DNA of 64,000 nucleotides from Octopus vulgaris (lineage: Eukaryota): the NCBI GenBank assembly GCA_951406725.2, contig OX597825.1:71982001-72046000 (forward strand), read 5' to 3'. Below the pieces are notes generated by a model that was given only the letters and a program-made list of their open reading frames with translations, did not search any database and was not told where the DNA came from. Shown in pieces: positions 40,839 to 55,469 of the stretch. Numbering within the stretch: position 1 is the stretch's first letter; each line of letters opens with the position of its first letter. The position numbers were made by a program, and so were the translations under genes.

Positions 40839-40988
40839 CACAAGCGTAGCTAGGGAGGTGGGGCGGTAGGGGTGGTCCGCCCCGGGCGGCACTTTTGGGT
40901 CTGCTGTAGAGGTAATATGTGCTTCTTGTGGGGTCCGGAGGCGGCAAACGGAAGGGCCATCCCGGGCGGCACACTAGCGACGCTAATG
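40839..40988. mobile_element. Small GC-rich MITE
   Basis: Imperfect TIRs agcgtagctag / ctagcgacgct; internal cccgggcggcac twice. Confidence 0.5.
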
Positions 40989-41059
40989 CCTACATGGATG
41001 TCTACCACGCTTTACGACCTTGTCACTTGGTGTGTGTGTGGGGGGTGGGGGCGAGGGTG

Positions 41060-41220
41060 AAGGTGCGTGGCTTAGCGGTTAGGGTATTATTCGATTCATG
41101 TAAGGTTGTAAGTTCGATTCTCGGTGGCATGATGTGCCTTTTCACGTTGCTCCAGGTGCCGGGAGAGGTGCCGAAGTTGAAAGTTATTCCTATAATTCAC
41201 AGGGCCAGCCTTGTCATATT
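41060..41220 (+). mobile_element. Diverged tRNA-derived SINE (family C-related)
   Basis: ggtgcgtggcttagcggttaggg..gttcgattc; gggccagccttgtca. Confidence 0.55.
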
Positions 41221-41535
41221 CCGTAAAAGAGGGAACACAAAGGAGTGACAGAGAGAGAGACAGAGAGAGAGGAGAAATGACAAGACAAGAAAAGACGTCA
41301 ACAAGAAACTGACATTCTAACCAATCAGGAACAGTCTTCGCTACATTTGCGGCACCTGCCAGAGGGAGTGTTTGTCCAGGATAGGACTACACAGCCACAG
41401 CAGGAAATGTATTAGTATTAGGACATGAAATGTAAAAGTCGGACTAGACTATTTTATGCGCAACTCCATTGTCTCCGAGACAAAAAGGATGCCAACCAAC
41501 CAACCAACCAATATATATATATATATATATATATA

Positions 41536-41756
41536 CTCTTTCTCTTTTACTCTTTTACTTGTTTCAGTGATTTGACTGCGGCCATGCTAGAGCACCGCCT
41601 TTAGTCCAGCAAATCGACCCCGGGACTTATGCTTTGTAAGCCCAGTACTTATTCTATCGGTCTCTTTTGCCGAGCCGCTAAGTGACGGGGACGTAAACAC
41701 ACCAGCTTCGGTTGTCAAGCAATGCTAGAGGGACAAACACAGACACACAAACATAT

Positions 41757-41843
<87 letters not shown>

Positions 41844-41924
41844 TACGACAGGATTTTTTCAGTTTCCATCTACCAAATCCACTCACAAGGCATTGGTCGG
41901 CCCGAGGCTATAGCAGAAGACACT
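41536..41924 (-). mobile_element. SINE family A (5' truncated)
   Basis: Homology. Confidence 0.85.
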
Positions 41925-42139
41925 TAATATTTTTATTCTATTTTCTGTTTTCAAGTTTGCTTAAAATATCTCTCTTTCATTTTATTAATGGTGTTTAATC
42001 TGAGAGAGAGGGGGGGGGGAGAGAAAGCGGAAAATGATCACGCGATTTTAAAGTTTGAACCCAATTATAAGTAGAGCATGCCCATGTGGTGCCAGGTTCG
42101 ATTCAACTAAGCAGCAATTATTAGGAAGCGCCATGTTTT

Positions 42140-42490
42140 TATTCTCTTTTCGGCTTCATGCAGTGGGTGTAGCCATTCTGGTGTATTGCCATTAGCGCTA
42201 ATACTAATTCACTTTGGGCCCACCTCCCAGTCTTGTCAAAGGAATTGGTTTCGGTGAAGTACTGAGTTGGACAGAACTACCCTTCTTTAGGGTTTCTTGC
42301 CGTGATATGGATTCATCTGTTATATCAAATAGAAATGTCTAAATGTTCTTTGAATGTTTCTACACTTACACCATCTAAATCTTCGTGGGCATTTGGCAAT
42401 GTACTGAAAAGTTGCAGGCCTTTGATCCTTAAGTTGTTACAGTATTGGGTTCTTACTCTGGACAAAGATGGTGTGATCGTTACGTGATCG
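42140..42490 (-). mobile_element. CR1/L2-like LINE 3' remnant
   Basis: LRIKGLQLFSTLP..DLDGVSVETFKEHLD. Confidence 0.55.
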
Positions 42491-42735
42491 ATTCGGTCGA
42501 AGGCTCTGACTGAAGTCGAGATATATCACATTTTCATCTGAACGGTTGAGCTGTTGTTTCTGTGATCCACTTATAATACTGCTGTAACCGTAAACGATTT
42601 TTCCTTTCCTTACGCTTCATTTAATGGTTTTTGCAAATACTGAATATATACATTTTATATATATTCTTTACTTGGAGTGTACCGGCGTACTTGGATGTTT
42701 GACATTCCTTTGAAGGATTTCGGTCCTCACCTCTT

Positions 42736-42780
<45 letters not shown>

Positions 42781-42781
<1 letters not shown>

Positions 42782-42983
42782 AATAACTTATAAACAAGGG
42801 CAAAAGAGAAAAATTCTAATTTCTCCCTTTTTCTCTTTTGCCCTTGTTTATAAGCTGTTTCTAAATTTAACATTTAAAGGTCTTTTTTAATATGCTGGCC
42901 ATTGATAGAATTTTTTTCGAAAAATTTGATCCTATATTAGATGTATTTATATATATATATCTAATATAGGATCAAATTTTTCG
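42781..42983. repeat. Two short fold-backs in a TA-flanked cassette
   Basis: Arms 42781-42813/42828-42860 and 42918-42942/42959-42983. Confidence 0.85.
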
Positions 42984-43004
42984 TAAAATATATATATATA
43001 TATA

Positions 43005-43239
<235 letters not shown>

Positions 43240-43299
43240 CTCTAGTTTCAGCTCAGAGCTGTGGCCATGCTGATGCACCGCCGTTTTGCTACACTCTTA

Positions 43300-43466
43300 T
43301 TACTAAGAGCCTCCTCTAATTTGTGGCACTTGGTGAAGCATGGAGTTTGATAAAGCTACCCTCATTTGCACCTCTTGCCGTGAGGTAGGTTCATCTGGTA
43401 CTCTCGACAGGAAGAAGTCCAGCTTTGATTTAAAAACCCCTACATCTACTTTGTGAGTAAAAATCG
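43300..43466 (-). mobile_element. CR1-like LINE 3' end
   Basis: VDVGVFKSKLDFFLSRVPDEP..SNS. Confidence 0.7.
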
Positions 43467-43467
43467 T

Positions 43468-43658
43468 GAGAAGTACATAGAACAAATAAGGGCTGCATTA
43501 AGGGTGGAGCACTTGCAGAAAACAGCGCTAGTAGGAACCGCTCGAATACTCCAGATGGTGCTGGAAAAATAAGAGGTGTTAGTTTAGTTCACTGGTAGTG
43601 AACAGGTGGCACCATAGTACATCTCCAGCGTTAGAAGCTATGCAAAGACAATAAAATG

Positions 43659-43754
<96 letters not shown>

Positions 43755-43774
43755 ATAATAATAATAATAATAAT

Positions 43775-43830
<56 letters not shown>
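43468..43830 (+). mobile_element. R4/Dong-like 3' end with (TAA)n tail
   Basis: VEHLQKTALVGTARILQMVLEK*, then a short UTR and (TAA)n/(TAG)n. Confidence 0.75.
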
Positions 43831-43831
<1 letters not shown>

Positions 43832-44300
43832 TACTATGAAAACATAATAGAATGATGATGACGCAGAGGAGGGGGGAGAGCGAGTAGGAGGAAGGTGGTG
43901 GAGGAAGTGAAGGCAGTCATCATTTTAATCGGAAAATATGCTTTTCTTTATTTCTGTTTTTGAGATTACACTGAGGAATGTAATATATTCTATTTATCTT
44001 TTATACATACCTCCCTTCTCCAAATAACAAACACCTCATCAGTCTACAGGTATTTTATCAACGAAAAACAAAAAAAAAAAACTACCGCCGCCACAACTAA
44101 AACAACAACAACAACAACAGCAACAACAAAATATTGGAGAATAGAAAAGAAATCCCTTTTTTTTGTGCTAAGCATTCACAAATTTAGATATAATTTCGTT
44201 TACGACGTTTACGTTATGTTTGTTGCCATTCCACATTATCCTGTCAACAACCGAAGATCGACTGTCTCACACATACAGACAAAGGAACACACACACACAC

Positions 44301-44394
<94 letters not shown>

Positions 44395-44601
44395 GCACAC
44401 ACACACACACACGCACACATGCACACACACACATACACACACACACACACACACTCACACGAAAAACACGGTTGAATTGCTGGTATTTGATAAATTCGAT
44501 TTGTCATGTATTCTACCCCCACACACACCTCCGTCTGTTCTTCTCTTATTCCCCCCCTCTCTTTCCCTTTCTCTAACATTTTTTCTCTCTCTCTCTCTCA
44601 T

Positions 44602-44646
<45 letters not shown>

Positions 44647-44717
44647 AACCACAAAACAATTCTGTTCAGGCTTTAGCAGTCTTTCTTTATACATTCTATT
44701 CACACACACACACTCAC

Positions 44718-45067
<350 letters not shown>

Positions 45068-45199
45068 TATGTATGTATGTATGTATGTATGTATGTATGT
45101 ATGTATGTATGTATGTTATAGTCAGGTCACTTTCAAGTGCTACTGGTATCATGCAACCCGGTACAACCTGTTGCATGGTCGGGCCGTCGGCGACTATAC

Positions 45200-45430
45200 C
45201 TATTTGTTTACTACCCACAAGGGGCTAAACACAGAGGAGACAAACAAGGACAGACAGACGGATTAAGTCGATTATATCGACCCCAGTGCGTAACTGGTAC
45301 TTAATTTATCGACCCCAAAAGGATGAAAGGCAAAGTCGACCTCGGCGGAAATTGAACTCAGAACGTAACGGCAGACGAAATACCGCTCGGCATTTCGCCC
45401 GACGTGCTATTGATTCTGCCAGCTCGGCGA
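45200..45430 (-). mobile_element. SINE family B
   Basis: Reverse complement of 18885-19115. Confidence 0.85.
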
Positions 45431-46305
45431 CTATACCGGCAAACCCACCAAGCTTGCTTGGTGAGGAGGGTGTTTATTGGACACTCTGCGGGATGAAAAA
45501 CAAAACATGTCAAAGGGCGGAGGAACTCTTGAGAGTCGACGGCCATCCAATGAATGTGTAATTATATATTTACTGTATATCTGCCTTTTTCTCACTAATT
45601 TTTATATATTGCATATTTTTATAGCTTGCTCATTATATAATTTTTTATATACTTCACATCATATATTTTATGTATATTTTGTATATTAATGTTTTTTTTA
45701 TATATCGTATGTTCTTTTTTTCTCCTTATATCAATCTTATCCAGCTTAAGGCTGTATCATGCGCGGGAACATAAAAATAATCGGACTGAATACCCGATCG
45801 CGCGGTTAAATCATTGGGAGTGAAGGACTCCTAGCCTTTGTTAGGGCATCCTTGTAGGAGATGGTAACTCAAGTAACTGGGATAACTCCGACATAAAACC
45901 TGCGGCTCAGTGGTTACCGATGATGTTGACTTGTTCTTCTTTTCGGATTATGGCTGCTGTTGCTTAGTGAGTGGGATTGACTCAGTGTACAGTCTTTCCT
46001 CACTTAAAAAAAAATCTTCTTGCACAGGCATTGCACAATAACAACATTGATTCATTGATTGATTGATTGATTAAATTTATTGACTAATTCATGGTTATTG
46101 ATAGTGCTGTGAGTCTCAACTGAATGGCTGGCTGTAGCCTTAAAAAATGCAAACAATCAATGATGTACCAAAACAGTATAAAAATAAATCGCAGTAAGGA
46201 CTCTGGAACCACATCAGATGAAAGTGTCTGGCCCGGCAGGGGCTCCAGAGCATCAGAGTTGAACCCGGCCGTCATCATGCTACTGAGATAGAACAAAAAA
46301 AAATA

Positions 46306-47715
46306 TTGAATATTGGCTGTTGGAATGTAAGGACACTGTTTGACCGCAAGTCCTATGAATGTCCTGAAAGAAGGACTGCGCTTGTTGCGAAGGAGCTTCA
46401 ACGCTATGATCTTGACATTGTTGCTTTATCTGAGACGAGATTAACTGGAGATTGTCATCTTACAGAATCTTGTGAAAAATATACATTCTTTTGGAAAGGG
46501 AGGAATGAAGAGTTTAGAGGAGAGGCTGGAGTGGCATTTGCTGTTAAGACCACTCTTGTGGACAAGTTGGAAGAATTCCCAATCGGAATTAATGAGCATC
46601 TTATGTCCATGAGAATTCCTTTGGCTAAAAGAAATTATATGACCTTGGTGAGTGTGTATGCTCCAACTATGTGCTATACTGATGACGAAAAAGATTCTTT
46701 CTACCATGCTTTGAAGGGCATTATAAGAACTATCCCTCGGGCAGACAAAGTCATCGTACTGGGTGACTTTAATGCTAGAGTAGGTAGGGATTTTAACACA
46801 TGGACTGTAATTGGAAAGCATGGGATGGGAAAGGGTAATAGTAATGGCATGCTTTTGCTGCAGATGTGTGAGGAGCTGTGTCTGTGTGTTACCAACACTA
46901 TGTTTCAACAAGAGAATAAGTTTAAGACCATATGGATGCACCCTGCATCTAAAGAATGGCATATTCTGGATTACATCCTTGTTAGGGTGCGTGACAGACA
47001 AGATGTGCAGTGTGTTCGTGTTCTTCGTGGAGCTGAGTGTTGGACTGACCACCGCCTAGTACGTGCAAAAGTGAAATTAGTCACAAAATATAAAATCCGG
47101 GCTGCAGGGATTTACCCTGCCTAAAAGACTGAATGTTGATCGTCTTAGGTGTAATAGTGTGAAGAGAAGTTTACTGCTGCAGATATTGGGGAGGATTGAC
47201 CGACCCTTAAAAAGTCAGTTTATGATATAGGCAAGAAAGTTCTGGGATTGATACAAAGAAAGCATCAAGATTCGTTTAAAGAAAATTATGAACATATAGA
47301 TGATTTATTGGCTGATAAAAGATGTACTTTGTCACACTATTTGTCAGCAAAGCCACAGGAAAGGGAAGTGCTGCATAGGGAACTCAAGGATGTAAAATCA
47401 CGTGTGAGGCGAAGGCTCTCTCAGATGAGGGATACGTGGTGGAGTAAGAGGGCTGATGAGATACAGGTGGCGTCGGATTCCAATAACACAAAGCTGTTGT
47501 ATGGTCCCTTGCGAGAAGTTTATGGACCGACGTCTTCTCTGATGACACCACTTCGAAGCAGGGATGATAAAGAACTTCTTCGTGATCCACAAGGAATTCT
47601 GCGAAGGTGGCAAGAACACTTTGATGAACTTTTGAATCAGCAGTCTGTAGTTAGTGAGGATGTTCTCAATCTCATCCCTGGATTGCCCGTGAAGGCAGCA
47701 CTCGCAAAACCACTA
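46306..47715 (+). pseudogene. RTE-clade LINE ORF: APE endonuclease domain and linker, frameshifted and truncated before the RT
   Basis: NIGCWNVRTL, DIVALSETR, VSVYAPT, VLGDFNARVG, HILDYILV, WTDHRLV; continues in 47248-47715 (RRWQEHFDELLN). Confidence 0.93.
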
Positions 47716-47734
47716 AAGTTATTTAATAATAATA

Positions 47735-48202
47735 ATAAAAGATGGGCTACAGCAAATATTCTGCTCAATACCACAGATTTGCTTGTCAGTTGTTTGACCT
47801 TAATCAGTTGAGCATGTCCCTTTGTGGCTGACGATATGTGTATCTCTGATCATGAGCAGAAGTAGTGGGGGAGCATCATGGCCATGTGTTGAGAGGGATT
47901 CATTGGGGTTTGAATAATTCACATCTGGAAACATGAGTGTTTCGTTCAACATCCTTAAACAATCCTTATTCAGGGACCTTTTGAGCGGGATGGGCTACTC
48001 GACCAGAAAAAAATATTAACTGGACCCCACCTGCAAGGTCATGTGCTGTTTATCATGATATGAAATCACCATGTTGCGCCCATATGGTTGTGATGCATGT
48101 GCCTGGTGTACCCTTATCAGACGGGTTACCATGATGGGTATACTGGGCTTCGTATATTTTACCCCAGTGTCACTTTGATGGCATGCACTGCTCACACACT
48201 CA
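47735..48202. mobile_element. Unclassified (TAA)n-flanked interspersed repeat
   Basis: Complex 470-bp block bounded on both sides by (TAA)n; it truncates the RTE element. Confidence 0.5.
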
Positions 48203-48248
48203 ATAATAATAATAATAATAGTAATAATAATGATGATGATAATGATGG

Positions 48249-48307
<59 letters not shown>

Positions 48308-49019
48308 TTGATGATGATGATGATGATGTTGATGATGATGAGGATGATGATGATGATGATTAACAAAAAAATTCAAAGGAAATGCACACCAACAACAACA
48401 ACATCAACAAAAAAGATTCAGCAATGTAAATAGAGAATTGTGTGCAGTGATAATAAAGGTGAACTTTAAACGATTCCACCTTCAGATTATTCACCTGAGT
48501 GGATTAATAAGGGGTTCAATGGTATCCCTAAACGTCACGTGAATAGGGGTGAGCTCAGCATAAGAAGGAGAGCACTTGTAAATAGTAAACGATCTCTATA
48601 ATTAAGTGTAAAGAATTGGCACTTTTAATTACGCTTCTCTTTTCATTTCCCACACATGGCCGCCACAAATGAATAACTTATAAAAGGGTTGGATATTGTG
48701 AGATTGTCTTTGTTGTCGCTTCTATCGTCGTCGTCATCATCGTTATTGTTGTTGTTGTTGTTGTTGTTTTTGTTATCACCGTTGTTCAGCCCTAGGTCAA
48801 TCCTTGGTTAGGACTGATTTTTAGAGAAACCTATGATCAAATGCATTCCGCCACATGCTATCCTGCATCTTGTTCTTCCCTTGCAACCACCACTGTCACC
48901 ACCACCACCACCATCACCACCACCACCACCGCCACCACTACCACTGCCATCGAAAAAGCATCACTGATTTTGTTGAAAGAGCGTATATGGCATATTTTGG
49001 AATCAAGCTGGGATACCAA

Positions 49020-51248
49020 GATAAATATTGGCACCGAATAGTCTCTGCAAATAATGTACTGAACATTTGCGGTAATGGACTAAAGGGATAAAGAAAAGTA
49101 TAAGGTTTGCTATACCAGTGGTATGGCGGGAGCCCCATAATCACGTGGATAACTTCTATTTTTTAACCTAAATTTCCAGGGTATTAACCGGAAAAATTGA
49201 CAAAGATTTGTCTATTTTGCCTCTGCTATTATCTTGCCCCTGCTATTAGACCGCTTCCACACAGTGAAGAGCTTCCTGTTCCTGTCTTCAATGTCTTGCC
49301 TCAGATAACTTTACCCTCAACCAAAGAAGATTCATCACCTGAAGATGACACTAGAGATCAAGTCATTTCAGTTGAGACTTTACCTCAGCTATTCGAACTA
49401 ATGATCTAGTTCGTGACTTGAACCTCCCAAAAATTCTGCAGAACTGTTGGCTTCTAGAGAACGGTCTCCATACAACATTTTATCGGAGTTGGTAACAAGA
49501 GTTCTTTTCTTTTCTTTTTTTTTTCACAAAAGAGGAAGAACTGGTCTATTGCAGAAATGTCAGTGGACTTCTTAATAAGCTTGGCATTGGGGAATACAAA
49601 TCAGAGGAATGGCGTCGTTTCATAGACAGCTCTAAGCGTAGTTTAAAATGTGTATTGTTGCCCAACGGAAATGTGTATGACTCTGTCCCACTCAGCCATT
49701 CAACAACTCTGAAAACAAAATATGAAGAAATTAGGTTGGTTATATAGAATATACTGTATATTGACCATAAATGGATCATCTGCGTTGACTTAAAGATGGT
49801 GAATTTTCTCATGGGATAGCAATCCGGTTATAACAAATACCCATGTTTTCTATGTATGTGGGACAGTAGAGACCAGGGAAACCACTATGTTTAGAAAGAC
49901 TGGCCGCCTCGAACAAATATGGCCCCATGTAGAGCTGCCAATATATTGGAAGAACGTTTAGTTGAGCGAGATAAGATCATTTTCCTTCTTTTGCACATCA
50001 AGCTCGGATTGATCAAGCAATTCGTCAAGGCTCTTGACAAAAAATGGGGAGTGCTTCAAGTATATCTGCAGTGTATTTCCAGGCTTCACCATTGAAAAGC
50101 TTAAAGCAGGGATTTTTGATGGACCACAGATCCGTAAGCTCTTGAAGGACACAAATTTCGTGAAAGTAATGAGCGAAAATGAAGCATCAGCTTGGCTAAC
50201 CTTTTCAGAAGTAGTGCAAAATTTCTTTGGGAAACTCAAAAGTGAAAACTATAAAGACCATTTTTTTTCTACTCTAGGCACAAGCCCAAAATCTTTGGAT
50301 GAAAAGCAAAGTCGACCTCGGCGGAATTTGAACTCAGAACGTAAAGACAGATGAAATACCTATTTCTTTATTACCCACAAGGGGCTAAACATAAAGGGGA
50401 CAAACAAGGACAGACATAGGTATTAAGTTGATTACATCGATCCCAGTGCGTAACTAGTACTTGATTTATCGACCCCGAAAGGATGAAAGGCAAAGTCGAC
50501 CTCGACGGAATTTGAACTCACAATGTAACGACAGACGAAATACGGCTACGCATTTCGCCCGGCGTGCTAACGTTTCTGCCAGCTCGCCGCCCTCTATAAA
50601 GACCTTATTACCAACTTGATATCAACTTTTCGTGACATTGGCGCGAATATGCGCATCAAAATGCATTATCTTTTTAATCATCTTGATCGTTTTCCTGAAA
50701 ATCCCGAAGATGTTAGCGATGAACAAGGCGAACGATTCCATCAGGACATCAAGGAGATGGAAAGACGATACAAAGGACATTAGGATGCTGTGATGATGGC
50801 AGACTATTGTTGATGTTTGACAGGAGATATTCCTGTTGCCCAACATTCTCGGTGCACAAAGAAGCACAAATTTATTCCTTGAATTTTCTGCCAAAAATCT
50901 TAACCAATGTGCATATTCAGTTTTGAATTTTTATTTGTACTCCGTTTTGTTTTGTGTTACGCTCTCTTTATTGATTCATACTATATGCCTTTTGTATGAG
51001 TAAAATACTTACTCTATCAGGTTTAGTCAGAATACTAGACCTGATAGAGAAAAAGCTCTTGACAAAAATGAGGAGTGCTTCAAGTATATCTGCAGTGTAT
51101 TTCCAGGCTTCACGATTGAAAAGCTTAAAGCAGGGATTTTTGATGGACCACAGATCCGTGTTTTTTTTTAAATTTAGCAGTTAAAATCACCTAAGAACTC
51201 GTTGAAATATTCCAAGCACCAGACGAAAATTTTTTTTGTTGCTCAGTG
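49020..51248 (+). mobile_element. Decayed Chapaev3-like (CMC) DNA transposon
   Basis: LPHSEELPVP, WR.FIDSSKRSLKCVLL, HIKLGL.KQFVKALDK, KLKAGIFDGPQIR, SDEQGERFHQDI, MMADYC; right end ...gttgctcagtg|TAA (CACTG terminus, TWA target). Confidence 0.8.
50260..50593 (-). mobile_element. SINE family B (partially tandem) inserted in the transposase
   Basis: TSD ctataaagacc at 50249-50259 and 50594-50604. Confidence 0.88.
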
Positions 51249-51649
51249 TAATTATAATGATGATGATGATGATAGTTATGCAAACGACAGCATATACAGC
51301 AGGGGAATATGCAGCTACAATAGCGATTGTAACAGCAATAACAACAGCAACAAAAAAACCCCAGTAACATTTGCATCAACAATAACAACAGAAAAAAAAA
51401 GAAATGTATTAAAATGCAAAAAAAACCCCAAACAAACAAGAACATGAAGATCAAGAACAAGAACACGACTACGACGACCATTACCCCACCACCACCACCA
51501 CCACCACCACCACAATTGCCGTCGCTGCCTTCGTCAGTAATAATAGCAGCAACAATATAAACAATTAAAATCAATGATCGAGGGGAGGAAGTAATTGGTA
51601 TTGAGAAGAGAGAGGAGAGTTCAAGATAATACCATGGACGTTGAAATGA

Positions 51650-52506
51650 GGTAGAATGATGATGAAGACGACGATGACGACAGTGATGATGATGATGATG
51701 ATGATGAGGAGGAGGAGGAGAAGGAGGACGACGACGACGACGACGACGACGGCGATGAGAAATATTTAGCAGCCGATATCCTCTTTTTATTCTTCTTTTT
51801 CTGATGATGATGATGAGGAAGAACAAGGAGAAAGAGAAGAAGAAGAAGAAGAAGAAGAAGAAGAAAGAGAAGAAGAAGATGAAGGAGGAGGAGGAGGAGG
51901 AGGAGGAGGAGGAGGAGAATGAGAATGAGAAGAAGAAGGAGAAGAAGAAGGAGGAGAAGAAGAAGAAGAAGAAGAAGAAGAAGAAGAAGGAGAACAAGAA
52001 CAAGAACAAGAACAAGAACAAGAAGGAGAAGGAGGAGAAGAAGGAGAAGAAGAAGAAGAAGAAGAAGGAGAAGAAGAAGAAGAAGAAGGAGGAGGAGGAG
52101 GAGGAGAATGAGAAGAAGAAAGAGGAGGAGGAGGAGGAGGAGGAGGAGGAGAAGGAGAAGAAGAAGGAGAAGGAGAAGAAGATGGAGAAGAAGAAGATGG
52201 AGGAGAAGGGGAAGAAGGAGAAGGAGAAGAAGGAAAAGAAGAAGGAGAAGAAGAAGAAGAAGAAGAAGAAGAAGAAGAAGAAGAAGAAGAAGAAGAAGAA
52301 GAAGAAGAAGAAGAAGAAGAAGAAGAAGGAGAAGGAGAAGAAAGAGAAGAAGAAGAAGAAGAAGAAGAAGAAAGAGAAGAAGAAGAAGAAGAAGAAGAAG
52401 AAGAAGAAGAAGAAGAAGAAGAAGAAGAAGAAGAAGAAGAAGAAGAAGAAGAAGAAGAAGAAGAAGAAGAAGAAGAAGAAGAAGAAGAAGAAGAAGAAGA
52501 AGAAGA
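51650..52506. repeat. About 850-bp (GAA)n/(GAG)n purine-rich tract
   Basis: Direct reading. Confidence 0.95.
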
Positions 52507-53099
52507 GAAACAAACGGAAGGTAAACAAGTGGAAAAAGTAAAAAGAAAATCAAACAATAAAACCAAGACATATCCATAAAGTTAGAAAAAATTATTTAAA
52601 AAATAAAAAACCGAGATGAGAAAGAAGAATAGGAAAAAGGTTGAAGATTACAAATGGAAGAAGGAAACAAAAGAAGAAAAATGAAGAATGAAAATAGAAA
52701 CTGGTGTGAATAAAAAATACCCATAAGGTCTGAAGAGTAACAGATACAACAACAACAATATCAACAACAGCGATGTTTTGGAAAAGCACTGTATGGAAAT
52801 AACACGAGGAATTAAAGGGAAAAAAATGTTTCTATAGTCCTACAAGATGAATTACTAGAAGATATAAAAGAACACCCTCCTCTCTACACCACCACCACCA
52901 CCACCACCACTCGAAGAAGGGAAGAAAGGATGAAAGAAAGGAAGGAAGGAAGAAAAAAAAGAATTTTAATAAATTTTTTTCCAAATTAAATTAAAACCAT
53001 TTTTGCAGAAAATTCCAATATTTGGAAAATTGCCGGGACACTGTTTCTTTCTTACAATTGGCAGCTTTTCTTTCCCCCACGCTTTCATAATTATATTTT

Positions 53100-53177
53100 T
53101 GTGTGTTTGTGTGTGTGTGTGTGTGTGTACGTGTGTGTGTGTGTGTGAGTGTGTGTGTGTGTGCGTGTATGTGTATC

Positions 53178-53214
<37 letters not shown>

Positions 53215-53621
53215 ATGTCTGTGTGGGTGTAGGTGTGTGTGATTGTCTGTATGTTTGTGTTTGTGTGTACGTGTGTATGTGTGAGTGTGTGTGTGCGTGT
53301 GTGTATGTGTGCGTGTGTGTATGTGTGTGCATGTCTCTGTGCGTGCGTTTGTGTGGGTGTAGGTGTGTGTGATTGTCTGTATGTTTGTGTTTGTGTGTAC
53401 GTGCGTATGTGTAAGTGTGTGTGTGTGCGTGCGTGTGTGTGTATGTGTATGTACGTGTGTTTGTGTGCGTGTGTGTGTGTGCATGTCTGTGTGGGTGTAG
53501 GTGTGTGTGATTGTCTGTATGTTTGTGTTTGTGTGTACGTGTGTATGTGTGAGTGTGTGTGTGCGTGTGTGTGTGTGCATGTCTCTGTGTGTGCGTTTGT
53601 GTGGGTGTAGGTGTGTGTGAT

Positions 53622-53652
<31 letters not shown>

Positions 53653-53655
53653 GTG
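53100..53655. repeat. (TG)n-derived higher-order repeat (about 120-135-bp unit containing gtgggtgtaggtgtgtgtgattgt, 4 copies)
   Basis: Direct reading. Confidence 0.85.
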
Positions 53656-54119
53656 AAAGAAGGGCTGTAGTCGTGGCTATTTTACTCTTACCAAATATGG
53701 AATTTCATTGCTGTTAATAGTGACAATAACAACGAAGTCTTTTGTTAAACAAAACAAAAGAAAAACAAAAACGAAACAGGAATCAACTGTTACTCTGCCA
53801 AAATAGAGATGACATGGCCGAGTGGACAAATGCGTTTATATTTGCAGCCAGCCGTAGATTGTTGGTTCGAAACCCATTGCAGGCATTACATTCCTCTGTG
53901 ATCAAACCTGATTTATTTGATCATCCCCTCCACCATGATGAAAATATAAGCATAACTGGTTGTGTTGTGAAGATTCTCGCTTTGCAGCCAATTGGTTTCA
54001 AGTTCAATCCCACTATGCGGCATGTTGGTTATGTGTTTTCTACTACAGCCTCGAGCCAACTAATGTCTTGTGAGTGGAAGTCCGTCATTTATATATATAT
54101 ATATACATACACCAACATA

Positions 54120-54529
54120 CCCTTTCGGGGACGATTAAATAAGTACCAGTTACACACTAGAGTCGATATAATCGACTTAATCCGTTTGTCTGTCCTTGTT
54201 TGTCCCTTCTGTGTTTAGCCCCTTGTGGGTAAAGAAATAGGTATTTCGCCCGTCGCTACGTTCTGAGTTCAAATTCCTCCGAGGTCGACTTTGCTTTTCA
54301 TCCTTTCGGGGTTGATAAATTAAGTACCAGTTGCATACTGGAGTGATCTAATCGACTGGCCCTCTCCCCCAAAATTTCGGGCCTTGTGCTTAGAGTACTC
54401 TCTTTTACTTGTTTCAGTCATGTGACTGTGGCCATGCTGGAGCACCGCCTTTAGTCGAGCAAATCGGCCCCAGAACTTATTCTTTGTAAGCCTAGTACTT
54501 ATTCTATTGGTCTCTTTTTGCCGAACCGC
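54120..54529. mobile_element. SINE B (+, partially tandem) fused to a SINE A tail (-)
   Basis: Homology. Confidence 0.8.
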
Positions 54530-54889
54530 AAATATACGTCACGATAAAATTACTTGGCAAATTATATAAAGCATAATAACGCTATATTTGATGACATTAA
54601 TATAAAAATGTAGCTCATTTAACAGTTGGAAATTGACTTCGGAATTTAATAAAATACTCGTCAATTATACAGACCTTAGCTCCTGCTTAGGCTCGTAAAC
54701 TGAAGCTATCGCATGGGGCAAACATAGTTAATAGCTTCGCAAACGAAATCATGGCCTATTTCATGCGTTTCCCAGTAACAGTGGCAGAATAAATACAAAC
54801 CATTGAACATTGGGCAGCAATTTTGTTGGCCTCTTATAACACAAGACTTGCTAACCACCTCTCCCTCCTTTTCATTACCATTATTGTTG

Positions 54890-54991
<102 letters not shown>

Positions 54992-55469
54992 TTACTACTA
55001 TTATTATTACTACTACTACTACTACTACGATTATTATTATTATTATTATCATTGCAAGGTAGCAGAAAAGAATCACTAGCACGCTGGTCCATCTTTTGCT
55101 TCATTCTCTCGGGGTCGATAAAGTAAGTACCAGTTGAGCACTGAGTTATCTCCTCCCTCCAATATTTCAGACTTTCTGCCTATTGTAGAAAAGATTGTTG
55201 TTGTTGTTGTTACTATTATATAACTCTGGTATGACTATTACGAAATGAAGCTCAATTCGCAAATTTTAATAAAATATGAACAATTCCACTGACGCATTGA
55301 TTAATAACGGTTTATTGCATTTTAAATGGTTTCTTTTATGGCGCATTAATTAATAATGGTAATTATTATTCCCAACCAATTTAATGGTAATAGATCCTCA
55401 GTCGGTTTTGGCGATGAGCATCTGTTTTTCGAGTACTGAACCACCCAATTGCAGGAGCTGACAACAGCG

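Noticed and set aside
51191-52577. 445/318/259/245-aa ORFs
   Set aside because: Poly-F/L/S/K from the GAA tract; not genes
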